Assembly: GCF_036321535.1 (NCBI RefSeq)
Contig: NC_087447.1
Location: 44,950,001-45,014,000, forward strand
Source: Camelus dromedarius
Taxonomy: Eukaryota
Length of the DNA stretch: 64,000 bases
Reading direction: 5' to 3'
Shown here: piece by piece, positions 61,950 through 64,000 of the stretch
Layout: each line of letters begins with the position of its first letter
How positions within the stretch are numbered: position 1 is the stretch's first letter
The notes under the pieces: generated by a model
Seen by the model: only the letters and a program-made list of their open reading frames with translations
Databases searched by the model: none
What the model was told of the DNA's origin: nothing
Program-made: the position numbers and the translations under genes

Positions 61950-62925
61950 CTAGTTCTAATGCATTGTCATGAGAGTTGCTTGTATTTCTCTTAATAGGGT
62001 TTGTTGATGGTATTGTGTGATCTCCTTTACAAGAATATGATTTGTTAACATTTGTTAATGTTTTGCATGTACTTTAGACGAATGAATATTTCCTGTCATT
62101 TGGGGTGTAGGCTCAGTATATATTCATAGGAAATATCTCTTTTATTAGGCTTGTTTGTTGTGTGTACTCTTGACTACTCTTGGACCAAAACTTAAAAAAA
62201 ATTAGTGTAACTCTTGATTACTCTTGGACCAAAATTTAGAAAAAAACAGTGTATCTAAGTCTTCCACTGTTAATTTTTCTGTTTATTTCTTCTTGCATCT
62301 GTGTTGTTAGAAGATAAAATACAATCATAATAAACAATCTATAAGAAGGTTAAAAAAAGGTAGAAAAGGCAACAAAGAACATATATGAGAAATATAGAAC
62401 AAATAAAAGACGATGAACTAAATCTAACCTTTTCAGTAATCATTTAAAATATCAATGGTCTACACACCCAATTTTAAGACAAAGATTGTTAAATGAGATA
62501 AAATAACAAGACCAAACTGTGCTAATTACAAGAGGCACACTTGAAGTAGAAAGACACAATGAAGTTAATAGTAAAGGGATGGAAAAAATTACACAATGCT
62601 AACACTAGTCAAATAAAGCTGAAGTGACGATTTTAATGTCAAATACGTTTAGAGGAAATAATTTTACCAGAGATAAAGAAGGTCAATTTCATAATGATGG
62701 GAACTAAACTAAGAAAGAGATGATAAAATTCTAAATGTTTATGGCTCTAATAAGAGGAATTTGGAATGCATGGTGTAAAAACATATAGATCTGCAGGAAA
62801 AAAATAGAAAAATCCAAAAATACAAGTGGAAATTTCAATTCCCCTTTTCCATAATCAATAGAACAAATACACATAAAATCAGCAAGAGTATAGTAGACTT
62901 GTACAATAGCGTCAACCATTCTCTA
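61950..62925. mobile_element. Old L1 fragments: antisense (61950-62300) and sense ORF2 endonuclease region (62330-62925)
   Basis: aaatatcaatggtctacacacccaattttaagacaaagattg..., gataaagaaggtcaatttcataatgat..., gtggaaatttcaattcccc. Confidence 0.75.
62166..62253. repeat. Two-copy 44-bp tandem duplication
   Basis: actcttgactactcttggaccaaaacttaaaaaaaattagtgta / actcttgattactcttggaccaaaatttagaaaaaaacagtgta. Confidence 0.85.
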
Positions 62926-64000
62926 GCCCTTGAGAAAGCTCTAAATAAGTACACTTGCTTATTCCACTTGAATCTTCACTATTTCTGATCCTCTTTTTTA
63001 TTAAAATAGTAGAGAATGCAGAAATTTAGAAGGAAAAAGTAAAGTAAAGTGGATCCTTCACTGGACAGTTCTGAAGTTCCCCTGAGTGCAAATCCCTTCT
63101 TTCCTGTTGACTGCTTTGTGGGAGGTTTGGGCAATATCACTGCTTTTTACCTTTCAGAAAATATAAACAAATTTGTCAAAACATATCTTCCTATATTTAT
63201 TCCTGTTACCATCTAGCACGGGTTTTTGCATAATTTGTCTCACTTTATATCCTGGTTTTGACATACTGACTTCCTTGAAAAACTCAAGAAGTTCATATTC
63301 ACAAATGAAGGCATTGCTATTGAGGTCAACCTTTACAAATGATTCTTAGAGTTCATCAAGTCTGAATGGGAGCCATCTCCTACATTTAAAGATGGTCTAT
63401 GATATTAAAATGCCAGTAAAGGTGGACAACATCTCTGTGGATAAGTTTGGTAAAAACAACTTTCAAATTGCTTAGGATGTAAAGTCACAGAGCACCTGTT
63501 CTGGCCCAACGGCATCTGACCAGTGCTCTCAGACAGCTTCTGCTCCCCAGAATCTCTGCAGCTGTCTGATTATCTTTTCTGTGACAGAATATAATGGCTT
63601 ATTTTAAAAATTCATGGTCTATATTTCTTACCTCTTCTTATAAATTTTTCTTCATTTCCTTCCTGCTTTGCAAATTCTCATTAAGTTACTCTTGCTTAAA
63701 TCCTGATATTTCAATTCTGTTAGCCTATAATGTGTGAGTTATCTCTGCAGGAATGACATGTCATTTTTCTTTTGTTCCACTGCACTTTTCTCTTATCATG
63801 GACCTTGCTATTTAGTAGAAATACCATCTTCTTGTATATTTATTGAAAAAAATCAAACATATGTTTACTTAAATTATCTTAATATTTTGAAATGTACTAT
63901 TAATCAAGAAAATAGTTTTATGAGTCCATGGAGCATTGAATTTTCTCTTTATCAGCCTTTAAATAAATATAAACGAATTCAAGTTTGTGTAAAAATCCAG

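Noticed and set aside
555-63000. About 100 short ORFs of 60-130 aa outside the OR genes
   Set aside because: Low-complexity, F/L/I/K-rich translations of AT-rich or L1/L2/Tigger-derived DNA, with no recognisable domains and many non-ATG starts.

Overview
Mammalian (eukaryotic) genomic DNA: AT-rich and CpG-poor, about half old interspersed repeats, with two scaffold gaps. A young L1 3' end suggests a camelid (inference). The window holds part of the class I ('fish-like') olfactory receptor cluster, apparently the reverse complement of the human 11p15.4 segment. Six single-exon OR ORFs are present: OR52N2(-), OR52N1(+), OR52N5(+), OR56B2-like(-) and two tandem OR52N4 paralogs(-). I found no prokaryotic features, CRISPR arrays, tRNA or rRNA, and no wholly new system. 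The notable biology lies inside the OR genes. All five OR52N ORFs are open, yet each carries changes at canonical OR/GPCR motifs: an 18-nt microhomology deletion of the DRY motif in OR52N1; PMY->SRY in both OR52N4 copies, shared through a 202-bp gene-conversion-like tract; NPxxY->NPxxH; a lost N-glycosylation sequon; and a TM2 Pro->Leu. OR56B2 looks fully intact. I also saw uORFs just upstream of four OR52N starts, a solo ERV LTR with a 4-bp TSD, paralogous promoter footprints and possible antisense exons. Gene symbols and repeat family names come from remembered sequences, not database searches, and repeat boundaries are approximate unless a TSD is given.
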